The notes beneath the pieces were generated by a model. That model saw nothing but the letters and a program-made list of their open reading frames with translations, searched no databases and was not told the DNA's origin. This document shows positions 8,363-17,229 of a stretch of DNA of 64,000 bases, one piece after another. The stretch lies in sequence record PZ583742.1; one strand, 5' to 3'. The stretch comes from a phage. Positions within the stretch are counted from its first letter, which is position 1. The number at the start of each line of letters is the position of its first letter. Position numbers and translations under genes: made by a program.

Positions 8363-11077
8363 ATGCAAGAATTTTATTTAACTATCGAACAAATCGGTGA
8401 CAATCTGCTTGAACGATACATTGACAAGAACGGTCATGAACGTGTTCGTGAAATCCCTTATGCTCCATGCTTGTTTATGCACGCCCGGGAAGGCCAGGCT
8501 GCAAAGTATACAGACATCTATAATAAAGGTTGTGTGAAAAAAGAATTCGATTCCATGCGTGATGCATCCCAGTGGATGAAGCGAATGAATGACATGGGCC
8601 TCGAAGTTATGGGTATGGATGACTTTAAACTCGCATACTTGTCCGACCGTTACCCACACGAAATCAAATATGATTCAAGTAAAATCCGTGTTGCTAACTT
8701 CGATATCGAGGTGACATCTCCTGATGGGTTCCCTGAACCGTCTGAAGCACGTCACCCTATTGATGCCCTGACGCACTATGATTCGGTAGACGATAAATTC
8801 TATGTCTTTGACCTTTTGGGCTCACCATACGCCACTGTGGAGCAATGGTCTATTGATATTGCTGCTAAGCTGCAGGAAGACGGTGGTGATGAAGTCCCTG
8901 AAGAAATCCTGGAAAAAATTGTTTATATGGCTTTCGATTCAGAAGAAGAAATGCTCCAGCAGTATTTGGTATTCTGGAACGAGAAAACTCCGGTTATGTT
9001 AACCGGTTGGAACATCGAGAAGTTTGATATTCCATATATCTACAACCGTCTTAAAAATGTATTTGGTGAAGCTACGGCAAAACGTCTGAGCCCACATCGT
9101 CGTACAAAAGTTAAGGTCATTAACAACGGCTTTGGTGAAGAACAAGAAATCATTCAGATTCTGGGTATCTCTGTTCTGGATTATCTGGACCTGTATAAAA
9201 AGTTCAGCTTCACAAACCAACCGTCTTATTCGTTGGATTATGTTGCGGAATCTGAACTGGGTGTTGGTAAACTCCCGTATGATGGTCCGATTTCTAAACT
9301 GCGTGAATCAAATCACCAGCGGTATATTTCTTATAACATCATCGACGTTTATCGTGTTGTGCAGATTGACCGTAAGCGGCAGTTTATTAACCTGAGTCAG
9401 TCAATGGGTTATTACGCAAAAATGCAGATTCAGTCTGTATTCAGCCCAATCAAAACTTGGGATGCGATTATCTTTAACAGCCTGAAGACTCAAAACAAAG
9501 TCATTCCGGAAACCAAATCGCATGTTCGTCAATCGTTCCCTGGTGCATTTGTTAAGGAACCTATTCCGAACGCGTACAAATATGTGATGAGCTGTGACTT
9601 AACATCTCTGTATCCAAGCATCATCCGACAGATTAATATCAGTCCAGAAACGATTGCCGGTTCATTTGCCCCAGCGCCGATGTATGAATACATCGCAGGA
9701 ACTGCTGACCGTCCATCTGATACATTTAGTTGTGCTCCAAATGGTATGATGTATTTTAAAGATGTTGCGGGTATTATTCCGACAGAAGTCACCAAGGTGT
9801 TTAATCAGCGTAAAGAGCACAAAGGCTATATGCTTGCGGCTCAACGTAATGGTGAACTGATTAAGGAAGCTCTGCGTAATCCAGGAACTGGCACAACCGA
9901 ACCAGAAGTTGATTATCGTCATGACTTTGATGACAATATGAAAACGGCCCTGCATGGTCTGAATCAAACAGTCCTGAATGGTATGTTGTACAAAGCGCAG
10001 ATGGAAGAAGTTGCAGGCATGACCGCACAGATTAACCGTAAACTGCTTATCAACAGTTGTTATGGCGCTCTGGGCAATATCTGGTTCCGTTACTTTGACC
10101 TGCGAAATGCAACCGCGATTACATCTTTCGGACAACTTGCATTGCAGTGGATTGAGCGTAAAGTTAACGAATACTTCGATAGTGTCTGTGGGACAAGCGG
10201 CGAAACTTATGTGTTCTATGGCGATACTGACTCCATTTATATCCAGTGCGATAACCTGATTAAAAAGGTTGGTGGCGAATCTAAATTCCGTGATACAAAC
10301 CACCTGGTTGACTTCATGGACAAGTTTGCGAAAGACCGTCTGGAACCGGCAATCGATAAAGCTTTCCGTGAGCTGGCTGAATACATGAACAACAAACAGC
10401 ACCTTATGTTTATGGACCGTGAAGCGATTGCATGTCCTCCGCTGGGTTCTAAGGGTGTGGGTGGATTCTGGACGGCGAAGAAGCGTTATGCACTGAACGT
10501 GTACGATATGGAAGGCACACGATATGCTGTTCCGAAATTGAAAATCATGGGTCTGGAAACTCAAAAGTCGAGTACTCCAAAGGCATGTCAGAAAGCTCTG
10601 AAAGAATGTATCCGCCGTATGCTGCAAGAAGGTGAAGAATCTCTGCAGACATACTTCAAGGAATTCAATAAGGAATTTAATGAGCTTAACTACATGACCA
10701 TCGCAGGTGTATCATCGGTTAACAACATCCAGAAATATAATGAAGGCGGTTTCCCTGGATTTAAGTGCCCGGCTCATATCAAAGGTGTGCTTGCATATAT
10801 GCGTGCAACTAAAGGTCTGAAGACTGTTCCACAAATCATGGAAGGGGAAAAGGTGTATGTACTTCCTCTTAAAGTCGGTAACCCGTTTGGTGAAACCGTG
10901 ATTGCATGGCCATCTGGGATTGAACTCCCGATTGAAATCCGTGACCAGGTTCTGCAGTGGATGGACTACAACATACTGTTCCAGAAGACTTTTGTTAAGC
11001 CATTAACAGGTTTCTCTGAAGCTGCAAAGGTTGATTACGAAAAGAAAGCAACTCTTTTTGATATGTTTGACTTTTAA
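8363..11077 (+). CDS. 43: DNA polymerase gp43 (family B)
   Basis: Exo motif FDIE, motif A DLTSLYPSII, motif C YGDTDS; 904 aa. Confidence 0.97.
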   Translation: MQEFYLTIEQIGDNLLERYIDKNGHERVREIPYAPCLFMHAREGQAAKYTDIYNKGCVKKEFDSMRDASQWMKRMNDMGLEVMGMDDFKLAYLSDRYPHEIKYDSSKIRVANFDIEVTSPDGFPEPSEARHPIDALTHYDSVDDKFYVFDLLGSPYATVEQWSIDIAAKLQEDGGDEVPEEILEKIVYMAFDSEEEMLQQYLVFWNEKTPVMLTGWNIEKFDIPYIYNRLKNVFGEATAKRLSPHRRTKVKVINNGFGEEQEIIQILGISVLDYLDLYKKFSFTNQPSYSLDYVAESELGVGKLPYDGPISKLRESNHQRYISYNIIDVYRVVQIDRKRQFINLSQSMGYYAKMQIQSVFSPIKTWDAIIFNSLKTQNKVIPETKSHVRQSFPGAFVKEPIPNAYKYVMSCDLTSLYPSIIRQINISPETIAGSFAPAPMYEYIAGTADRPSDTFSCAPNGMMYFKDVAGIIPTEVTKVFNQRKEHKGYMLAAQRNGELIKEALRNPGTGTTEPEVDYRHDFDDNMKTALHGLNQTVLNGMLYKAQMEEVAGMTAQINRKLLINSCYGALGNIWFRYFDLRNATAITSFGQLALQWIERKVNEYFDSVCGTSGETYVFYGDTDSIYIQCDNLIKKVGGESKFRDTNHLVDFMDKFAKDRLEPAIDKAFRELAEYMNNKQHLMFMDREAIACPPLGSKGVGGFWTAKKRYALNVYDMEGTRYAVPKLKIMGLETQKSSTPKACQKALKECIRRMLQEGEESLQTYFKEFNKEFNELNYMTIAGVSSVNNIQKYNEGGFPGFKCPAHIKGVLAYMRATKGLKTVPQIMEGEKVYVLPLKVGNPFGETVIAWPSGIELPIEIRDQVLQWMDYNILFQKTFVKPLTGFSEAAKVDYEKKATLFDMFDF

Positions 11078-11080
11078 GTG

Positions 11081-11109
11081 TTTACAACGGCAATGGATTG
11101 CCGTATGAT
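11081..11109 (+). promoter_or_regulatory. early sigma70 promoter with stem-loop in spacer
   Basis: TTTACA 11081-11086, 17-nt spacer holding CGGCAAT/ATTGCCG hairpin, TATGAT 11104-11109. Confidence 0.55.
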
Positions 11110-11146
11110 TACCTCATCAACTGATGAATAACTTAAGGATATTAAA

Positions 11147-11389
11147 ATGGAAACATTAATTGCGGGTACTGTTGTTCTTGGTGCGGGTTCTTTCTTCCTG
11201 GCTGCACTGGCATATTTTCTGCCGTGGATTATCGCGCTGCTGCGTGGTACCAAAAGTAATTGTGGAATCTTCTTTGTTAACCTCCTGTTAGGTTGGACAA
11301 TGGTCGGATGGTTTATTGCATTTATCTGGGCACTCGTTGCTGAACGTAAATCAAACGCACAAGTAATTATCATCAAGGAAGCAAAATGA
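11147..11389 (+). CDS. imm: superinfection immunity protein Imm
   Basis: 80-aa two-TM protein with LPWIIALLRG...LLGWTMVGW motifs; position after gene 43. Confidence 0.7.
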   Translation: METLIAGTVVLGAGSFFLAALAYFLPWIIALLRGTKSNCGIFFVNLLLGWTMVGWFIAFIWALVAERKSNAQVIIIKEAK

Positions 11390-11529
11390 AGATAATTACA
11401 ATTATTGTACTGATTGCATTTTTTAGTATGTCAATCTATTGGGCAATAATGACTCCGCATATGATTCCAACTTTAATTTTGGGTTGGGTATTTTTGGGGC
11501 TCCAAGCCCGCTATGAATGTTTTAATTGA
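11386..11529 (+). CDS. small hydrophobic peptide (47 aa)
   Basis: ATGA overlap with imm stop; single predicted TM segment. Confidence 0.3.
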   Translation: MKIITIIVLIAFFSMSIYWAIMTPHMIPTLILGWVFLGLQARYECFN

Positions 11530-11539
11530 GGAAAATACA

Positions 11540-12043
11540 ATGAAAAAGTTAGCTATCGCAGCTGTTATGCTGCTATCTGGTTGTGCTTACCAGGGTGATG
11601 TTGTTAATGCCAACGAGATTGGTAAAGCGCGAATTGCTGCAGACCGTCAGGTGCATAATGGTTCCTTTGATTTCAAAGGCGGTACTGGACTTATCTACAA
11701 ACGCGACAACAATCAATGTGGAAACAACTGCGCGAAATATGCTCAACAAGAAATTGAGTACAAACGCGAGCAAGCTGCGAAGCATGACGAAATCATTGCC
11801 AAGCTGGAAGCAGAAACTAAGCGACAAAATGACCTGGATACTGTTAACCAGATTTCACAGGTCTGCATGTCATATATCAATATGCAGATAAACATCATGC
11901 GCGCAGAAGCTTATCAGGCAGCGGAGACGGGTTCTCCAAAAGCTAATGAGTACCGCGATATGTATCAGCGTTCTGCTCAAAACCGTCTGAGCTATATTAA
12001 TAAATGTGTGGCTAAAGAGAAAGCACGCCAAGGTATTAACTGA
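11540..12043 (+). CDS. predicted lipoprotein (167 aa)
   Basis: Signal peptide MKKLAIAAVMLLSGC with lipobox LSGC; GAGGA SD upstream. Confidence 0.5.
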   Translation: MKKLAIAAVMLLSGCAYQGDVVNANEIGKARIAADRQVHNGSFDFKGGTGLIYKRDNNQCGNNCAKYAQQEIEYKREQAAKHDEIIAKLEAETKRQNDLDTVNQISQVCMSYINMQINIMRAEAYQAAETGSPKANEYRDMYQRSAQNRLSYINKCVAKEKARQGIN

Positions 12044-12150
12044 TGTTATTATTACTTCTGATTGTTGTAACAGTAATTGGTTTGTTGCTATTAGAAAAGC
12101 GTAATAAGCATTTGAATGAAGAAAACTGGAAACGTGGTAACGTTTACTAA
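12043..12150 (+). CDS. small hydrophobic peptide (35 aa)
   Basis: TGATG overlap with lipoprotein stop; Leu-rich TM segment. Confidence 0.3.
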   Translation: MLLLLLIVVTVIGLLLLEKRNKHLNEENWKRGNVY

Positions 12151-12177
12151 ATTGCTCTGAACTGCGAGAAGAATATT

Positions 12178-12306
12178 ATGATTGGTATGTTATTGATTAG
12201 CCTATGGCTGTTGTCTGCATTTGGTATTGGGTTTATGTACTGGTGGGACAAACGTCAGACCCGGAAGATTGTTGAACGTGCAATTAATCGTGGATTCAAT
12301 CGTTAA
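12178..12306 (+). CDS. small hydrophobic peptide (42 aa)
   Basis: ATG after AGAAGAA purine run; TM segment then basic tail. Confidence 0.3.
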   Translation: MIGMLLISLWLLSAFGIGFMYWWDKRQTRKIVERAINRGFNR

Positions 12307-12307
12307 T

Positions 12308-12332
12308 TGCTCTAAAAATACAGTGATATAAT
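12308..12332 (+). promoter_or_regulatory. MotA-box-like middle promoter candidate for uvsX
   Basis: TGCTCTA 12308-12314 (one mismatch) and TATAAT 12327-12332. Confidence 0.35.
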
Positions 12333-12385
12333 TATCCTATCTTAAACCTGTGAGAAAAATATAATGGTGCCTATGGAAAAAATGA

Positions 12386-13564
12386 ATGTCTATTGCAGAT
12401 TTGAAATCCCGTTTGATTAAAGCTTCTACATCCAAAATGACCGCGACTCTTACCAAGTCCAAGTTTTTTAATGATAAAGATGTAGTTCGTACAAAAATCC
12501 CGATGCTGAACATTGCAATCAGCGGTGCACTAGATGGTGGTATGCAGTCAGGTTTGACTATTTTTGCTGGTCCGTCAAAACACTTTAAATCCAATATGGG
12601 TTTAACGATGGTCTCTGCATATATGAACAAATACCCCGATGCAATCTGTTTGTTCTATGATTCAGAATTTGGTATCACAGAAGCCTATCTTCGTGCAATG
12701 AAAGTTGACCCGGAACGTGTTATCCACACACCAATCCAGTCGGTTGAACAATTGAAAGTTGATATGGTTAACCAGCTTGAAGCAATTGAGCGTGGTGAAA
12801 AAGTCATTATCTTTATTGACTCAATCGGTAACATGGCATCGAAAAAAGAAACAGAAGATGCGATGAACGAAAAAGTCGTTGGCGATATGACTCGTGCTAA
12901 ATCCCTGAAATCTCTGTTCCGTATTGTTACCCCGTATTTTAGTATCAAGGATATTCCTTGTGTCGCGGTTAACCATACAATCGAGACGATTGAGATGTAT
13001 AGCAAAACCGTTATGACCGGTGGCACAGGTGTTATGTATTCCGCGGACACCGTATTCATTATCGGCAAACGTCAGATTAAAGAAACTGGTAAAGAACTTG
13101 AAGGCTTCCAATTTGTTCTGAACGCCGAAAAATCTCGTATGGTCAAAGAGAAAAGTAAATTCTTCATTGATGTAAAATTCGATGGCGGTATTGACCCGTA
13201 TTCTGGCCTGCTTGATATGGCAATGGAAATCGGATTTGTGGTGAAACCAAAAGTTGGTTGGTATAACCGTGAATATCTTGATGTTGAGACCGGTGAAATG
13301 GTCCGCGAAGAAAAATCATGGCGCGCAAAAGATACTAACTGCACCGAATTCTGGGGCCCATTGTTCAAACACGAACCTTTCCGTGACGCAATCAAACGCC
13401 ATTACCAACTGGGTGCAATCGATAGCAATGCTGTTGTTGATGCCGAAGTTGATGCGCTTATTGCCTCCAAGGTTGAAAAATACACTGCTCCTGAAGGTAA
13501 GACAAAACCGTCTGCTGCAGATATTGAAAACGATTTAGATATGATGGAAGACCTTGATGAATGA
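12386..13564 (+). CDS. uvsX: recombinase UvsX (RecA-like)
   Basis: Walker A GPSKHFKS; 392 aa; close to T4 UvsX throughout. Confidence 0.95.
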   Translation: MSIADLKSRLIKASTSKMTATLTKSKFFNDKDVVRTKIPMLNIAISGALDGGMQSGLTIFAGPSKHFKSNMGLTMVSAYMNKYPDAICLFYDSEFGITEAYLRAMKVDPERVIHTPIQSVEQLKVDMVNQLEAIERGEKVIIFIDSIGNMASKKETEDAMNEKVVGDMTRAKSLKSLFRIVTPYFSIKDIPCVAVNHTIETIEMYSKTVMTGGTGVMYSADTVFIIGKRQIKETGKELEGFQFVLNAEKSRMVKEKSKFFIDVKFDGGIDPYSGLLDMAMEIGFVVKPKVGWYNREYLDVETGEMVREEKSWRAKDTNCTEFWGPLFKHEPFRDAIKRHYQLGAIDSNAVVDAEVDALIASKVEKYTAPEGKTKPSAADIENDLDMMEDLDE

Positions 13565-13898
13565 TATCGATTTATCTGATTTAGATAATTTCGAGAAAGA
13601 TGCGGAGGGAGCTAAGGCTCCTTCTGTACCTTACTACGAAAAAAGTTTGGAGATTATCCGGCAATCCATGGGAACTGTACGACAGGAAATTCTGTTATCA
13701 CTCCCTGATGGGTCCAGTCACATTGTGTACGTAACCGGAATTAAAATTGAACCATCTGGAAAAGTTTCAGTTGATTTCGGCACCCCTTCTGAAGACCGCA
13801 AAGCGGAGCTTGCAGTGCATGTAGAAAAGTGTGTTACAATGCAAATACAAGATGAAATTGATAAGATTAAAATGAAAAAGAGGTGGTGGAAGTGGTAG
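13557..13898 (+). CDS. 40: gp40-like head vertex assembly chaperone
   Basis: 113-aa ORF between uvsX and gene 41, size and position as T4 gene 40. Confidence 0.55.
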   Translation: MNDIDLSDLDNFEKDAEGAKAPSVPYYEKSLEIIRQSMGTVRQEILLSLPDGSSHIVYVTGIKIEPSGKVSVDFGTPSEDRKAELAVHVEKCVTMQIQDEIDKIKMKKRWWKW

Positions 13899-15322
13899 AA
13901 ACTATTTTATCCCAGCTACTCTTTAACAAGGAATATTTTGTTAAAGTCTGGCCATATCTGAATAATACATATTTTGAAAAGGGTCCTGCAAAGACCCTTT
14001 TTAATACGATTAACGAACACGTAAAAGAATATCAAGCGGTACCAACTAAGACTGCACTTGATATCGCGCTCGACAGTTCTGACCTTTCTGAAGTCGAATA
14101 TGAAGGCACAAAGAAACTCTTAGGAGTCCTGGCCGATACTCCAGAAGACCAGGAATGGTTGGTTAAAGAAACCGAGAAGTATGTACAGAAGTCTGCGATG
14201 TTCAATGCCACATCCAGGATTATCGAAATCCAGAGTAATGCCGAACTTCCGAAAGATAAACGTGATAAACGAATCCCGGATATTGGTGCTATCACCGACA
14301 TCATGCGCGATGCATTGTCTATCTGTTTTGACTCTGCTCTGGGCCATGACTGGTTAAACGATTACGAAGCTCGATTCCAGACTTATCTGAACAAATCGAA
14401 GAAGGTTCCGTTCCGTATTAACATCCTGAATAAAATCACAAAGGGTGGGGTTGAGTACGGTACAGAGAACGTTTTACTGGCTGGGACAAACGTCGGCAAA
14501 TCCCTTGGACTTTGTTCGTTAGCGGCTGACTATCTTCAGACTGGTCATAACGTGCTTTATATAAGCATGGAAATGGCTGAAGAAGTATGTGCCAAACGTA
14601 TTGATGCCAACTTGCTGGATGTATCTCTGGATGATATTGATGAAGGTCATGTGTCATGGGCAGAATACAAAAGTAAGATGGAAAAATGGCGCGCAGCCGG
14701 GACTCTTGGGACTCTGAAGATAAAACAATATCCAACTGGTGGTGCTCATGCGGATACCTTCCGTGCATTATTGAATGAATACAAACTGAAACAAGGGTTT
14801 GTGCCGGATGTGATTATTGTTGACTACCTGGCAATCTGTGCAAGCTCAAGATTGAAAACGTTTACCGAAAACAGTTACGGCCTGATTAAAATGGTTGCAG
14901 AAGAACTTCGTGGCCTGGCGGTCGAGAAAAATGTGGTCCTGTGGACTGCAGCACAGACAACCAGGGGCGCGAACGTTGCAGCTGAGATTGATATGGCTGA
15001 CATTGCAGAATCCTTTGGTATTGCTCACACGGCCGATTTTATGTTGGGTGTTGTTGAGACTGAAGAATTCGCTCAAATGGGTCTGCAGTTAATCAAACAG
15101 CTTAAGTCTCGTTATGGTGATAAGAACTACTATAATAAATTCAAGATGGGTGTTAAGAAAGGTAATCAGCGCTGGTATGAGGTTGATGATGATTCGGCTC
15201 CTAAACAAGGCCCTACGGTTAAAGAAGCCACTGGTGAGATGAATCGCCAGGCTGAAATGAATAGACAAACCAGGGTCAACAGGAGCGACCTGGACGACCT
15301 TGCTGCTCAAATGAAATTCTAA
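13892..15322 (+). CDS. 41: replicative DNA helicase gp41 (DnaB-like)
   Basis: Walker A GTNVGKS; MVETILSQLLF aligns with the T4 gp41 N-terminus; GTG start 6 nt after GAGGTGG. Confidence 0.95.
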   Translation: MVETILSQLLFNKEYFVKVWPYLNNTYFEKGPAKTLFNTINEHVKEYQAVPTKTALDIALDSSDLSEVEYEGTKKLLGVLADTPEDQEWLVKETEKYVQKSAMFNATSRIIEIQSNAELPKDKRDKRIPDIGAITDIMRDALSICFDSALGHDWLNDYEARFQTYLNKSKKVPFRINILNKITKGGVEYGTENVLLAGTNVGKSLGLCSLAADYLQTGHNVLYISMEMAEEVCAKRIDANLLDVSLDDIDEGHVSWAEYKSKMEKWRAAGTLGTLKIKQYPTGGAHADTFRALLNEYKLKQGFVPDVIIVDYLAICASSRLKTFTENSYGLIKMVAEELRGLAVEKNVVLWTAAQTTRGANVAAEIDMADIAESFGIAHTADFMLGVVETEEFAQMGLQLIKQLKSRYGDKNYYNKFKMGVKKGNQRWYEVDDDSAPKQGPTVKEATGEMNRQAEMNRQTRVNRSDLDDLAAQMKF

Positions 15323-15340
15323 AGACCTTCGGGTCTTTTT
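15322..15340 (+). terminator. intrinsic terminator (UUCG tetraloop)
   Basis: AAGACC-TTCG-GGTCTT then TTTT, overlapping gp41 stop. Confidence 0.6.
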
Positions 15341-15350
15341 CATTTAGAGG

Positions 15351-15379
15351 TTTACAACACCATAAAAGGGGTGTACCAT
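15351..15379 (+). promoter_or_regulatory. early sigma70 promoter
   Basis: TTTACA, 17-nt spacer, TACCAT. Confidence 0.5.
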
Positions 15380-15380
15380 T

Positions 15381-15413
15381 ATCCCATCAACTACTGATGA
15401 GGATAATAAAATG
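15381..15413 (+). repeat. conserved 5' leader cassette, copy 1 of 3
   Basis: ATCCCATCAACTACTGATGAGGATAATAAAATG; near-identical copies at 24432-24463 and 28551-28583. Confidence 0.8.
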
Positions 15414-15659
15414 TTATTAGTTAATGTGCATTACCAGTTCAAATCTGAAGAAGCTCTCCAAAAGTATGCTGATATTTGTGAGCATAATAAAAGAACAGCT
15501 GCCATTGTTGGTCTGAAGCCTTTTAAAATTTTGGATTGCACCTTGAACAGAGCAAGGCGCTGGTGTAGTGTTGCCTGTCATGCTTCAGTTGAAGGGAATG
15601 ATTATTTTTTCATTACTTTCAATGCACAAGATTTTCATTTAATTAATGAATTAAAATAG
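15411..15659 (+). CDS. hypothetical protein (82 aa)
   Basis: ORF behind early promoter and conserved leader. Confidence 0.4.
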   Translation: MLLVNVHYQFKSEEALQKYADICEHNKRTAAIVGLKPFKILDCTLNRARRWCSVACHASVEGNDYFFITFNAQDFHLINELK

Positions 15660-15688
15660 TGTACAAGCCCCTTGACTTAGGACATAAT
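15660..15688 (+). promoter_or_regulatory. early sigma70 promoter
   Basis: TGTACA, 17-nt spacer, CATAAT; followed by CCACACTGAGTTAC leader. Confidence 0.55.
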
Positions 15689-15738
15689 GATTCCACACTG
15701 AGTTACACAATAAACCAACTGTTAAAAAGGAAAACCAT

Positions 15739-16041
15739 ATGTTTAATCAAACCGACATGAATCGTTACTATTTTGGACAATTCGCTCGCCGTGATGAAAA
15801 CTGTGCCGCTCTTATCGCATCAGGCATTCAAACTGGTAAATTAATAAAGCTCAAAAGCGATGTTCAACCTTCATCTGTTCGCAGCTCTCTTCGTGAGTAT
15901 CTGCTTGCAGGCGGTGAAGTGTACGTCATCGCCGAACCTTTTGTTAACGTGTGTGATGATTACACAATTAGTGTGACTGTTATGCACCCAACTACCGGGA
16001 AAATTCGTTGTCTGACTATGCGCAACTATGAGTTGGTGTAA
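15739..16041 (+). CDS. hypothetical protein (100 aa)
   Basis: ATG with AAAGGAAAACC upstream; ends at terminator. Confidence 0.4.
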   Translation: MFNQTDMNRYYFGQFARRDENCAALIASGIQTGKLIKLKSDVQPSSVRSSLREYLLAGGEVYVIAEPFVNVCDDYTISVTVMHPTTGKIRCLTMRNYELV

Positions 16042-16049
16042 GTGAATAA

Positions 16050-16071
16050 AGGGGCTTACAGCCCCTTTTTC
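16050..16071 (+). terminator. intrinsic terminator
   Basis: GGGGC-TTACA-GCCCC then TTTTT. Confidence 0.55.
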
Positions 16072-16109
16072 TTATGTTATAATGACTCTATCAACTACTG
16101 GAGAATAAA

Positions 16110-16427
16110 ATGAAAACCATTGATTGCAAGGCAGAATACAAAGTTTATTATCATGGGTCAAGCTCTAATGCTGGAATCCAAAATATGCTTTGCCCTCCTG
16201 ATGCAACTGGTGTTCTGTCAGAAGTTGGACGTAAGAAAAACCTGAATCGTGTGTTCTTTACTGAAGATATCGGTTTGGCTAAGATTTATGCTGGACGTGC
16301 AGCTCGTTCAGTGGGAGGAGAACCTCGTCTTTATCGTGTAATTGCTCCGGTAGATGTGGTTTGTTTAAATGATACTAAAGGCGCCACGGTTTATCATGCT
16401 GAATGGGCCTTCTGCGAGGAAATCTAA
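16110..16427 (+). CDS. hypothetical protein (105 aa)
   Basis: ORF preceded by TGTTATAAT extended -10 and ATCAACTACTGGAG leader; no confident domain. Confidence 0.4.
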   Translation: MKTIDCKAEYKVYYHGSSSNAGIQNMLCPPDATGVLSEVGRKKNLNRVFFTEDIGLAKIYAGRAARSVGGEPRLYRVIAPVDVVCLNDTKGATVYHAEWAFCEEI

Positions 16428-16430
16428 ATG
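16416..16430 (+). repeat. repeated gene-junction cassette GAGGAAATCTAAATG (copy 1)
   Basis: Identical 15-mer at 16626-16640; each encodes a C-terminal EEI, the stop, and the next start. Confidence 0.7.
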
Positions 16431-16637
16431 GAAGAGTTTGCTAAAGTAGTTTTTATCGGTTGGTTTGAAAATGATAGCATGTTTACCAAAGAAATCCGCA
16501 TGGATATATCAGACAAAGAGCATATCATGTGGGCGACCATGAGTTTTGCTGAAGTAAATAAAGCATTGGTAAAAGCCTTTGTCAACGATGTGAAAGTGTT
16601 TGAATGTGATTGGCGCAACAAGCCTGAGGAAATCTAA
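16428..16637 (+). CDS. dmd: Dmd-like antitoxin (discriminator of mRNA degradation)
   Basis: KVVFIGWFENDSMFTKEI...AEVNKALVKAF matches T4 Dmd as I recall it; lies next to gene 41 as T4 gene 61.5 does. Confidence 0.55.
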   Translation: MEEFAKVVFIGWFENDSMFTKEIRMDISDKEHIMWATMSFAEVNKALVKAFVNDVKVFECDWRNKPEEI

Positions 16638-16877
16638 ATGAATATTACCTTAATGAAACCAACTCCCGGTTCTTTTTGGAACAAATCTTTTGGTAAGCAT
16701 AATATGTTTATCCAACGCACTGTAAGCAACTGGGAACTAGTTCTTTCAGTCGGCCACAACGATTATGAACAAGAATACGTAGAGTTCTTCGATTTTCCTG
16801 TGAAGCCTACTAAGCGTCAGATTCGTCAGACAAAACGTAAATTCCGTAAAATTTATTTGGAAGACGCATTAAAATAG
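16638..16877 (+). CDS. hypothetical basic protein (79 aa)
   Basis: C-terminal PTKRQIRQTKRKFRK motif shared with ORF 18021-18242. Confidence 0.4.
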   Translation: MNITLMKPTPGSFWNKSFGKHNMFIQRTVSNWELVLSVGHNDYEQEYVEFFDFPVKPTKRQIRQTKRKFRKIYLEDALK

Positions 16878-16906
16878 TGTACAACAAAGGGATAATGCAG
16901 TATATT
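16878..16906 (+). promoter_or_regulatory. early promoter with stem-loop
   Basis: TGTACA, 17-nt spacer, TATATT; hairpin GGGATAAT/ATTATCCC spans the -10. Confidence 0.5.
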
Positions 16907-16934
16907 ATCCCTATCAACTACTGAGGAGATTGAA

Positions 16935-17228
16935 ATGAAAAAGTTATTAATCGCAGCAATTCTTACCGTAGCATCATGTGGTACAGCTCCAGTTACTGCT
17001 GGACTTGATAAAGACCTTTGTGAGTGGTCTATGACTGCGGACCAGACTGATGTTGAACATCAGATTTATGCCGATATCATGAATATTACTAAACGTGACC
17101 GCCCAGATATGGTTAAAGAAGTATCTGACCAATTGACTTCTGGTGACGTTATGCAGTATAACTATGTTCTGTATTGCGATGCTTCATTTGACAACAGCAA
17201 GATTGTTCAATGGGTTACAGGTGAATAA
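16935..17228 (+). CDS. secreted/lipoprotein-like protein, spackle-like by position and size
   Basis: 97 aa with signal peptide MKKLLIAAILTVASC; position corresponds to T4 sp (61.3). Confidence 0.4.
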   Translation: MKKLLIAAILTVASCGTAPVTAGLDKDLCEWSMTADQTDVEHQIYADIMNITKRDRPDMVKEVSDQLTSGDVMQYNYVLYCDASFDNSKIVQWVTGE

Positions 17229-17229
17229 A

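Noticed and set aside
9662-10627. Long antisense ORFs inside core genes (e.g. 9662-10627 minus in gene 43, 32769-33356 minus in gene 39, 51469-51855 and 53157-53480 plus in fibre genes)
   Set aside because: They are embedded in well-supported conserved genes, have no SD or promoter, and are the kind of shadow ORF expected by chance.
11390-12385. tRNA or small RNA genes in ORF-poor gaps
   Set aside because: The gaps are filled by short membrane-peptide ORFs with start signals; I saw no cloverleaf-compatible structure, though I cannot run a tRNA scan.
16110-16427. ADP-ribosyltransferase-like reading of ORF 16110 (YHGS ... HAEW)
   Set aside because: The residues do not fall into a convincing H-Y-E or R-S-E arrangement; left as hypothetical.
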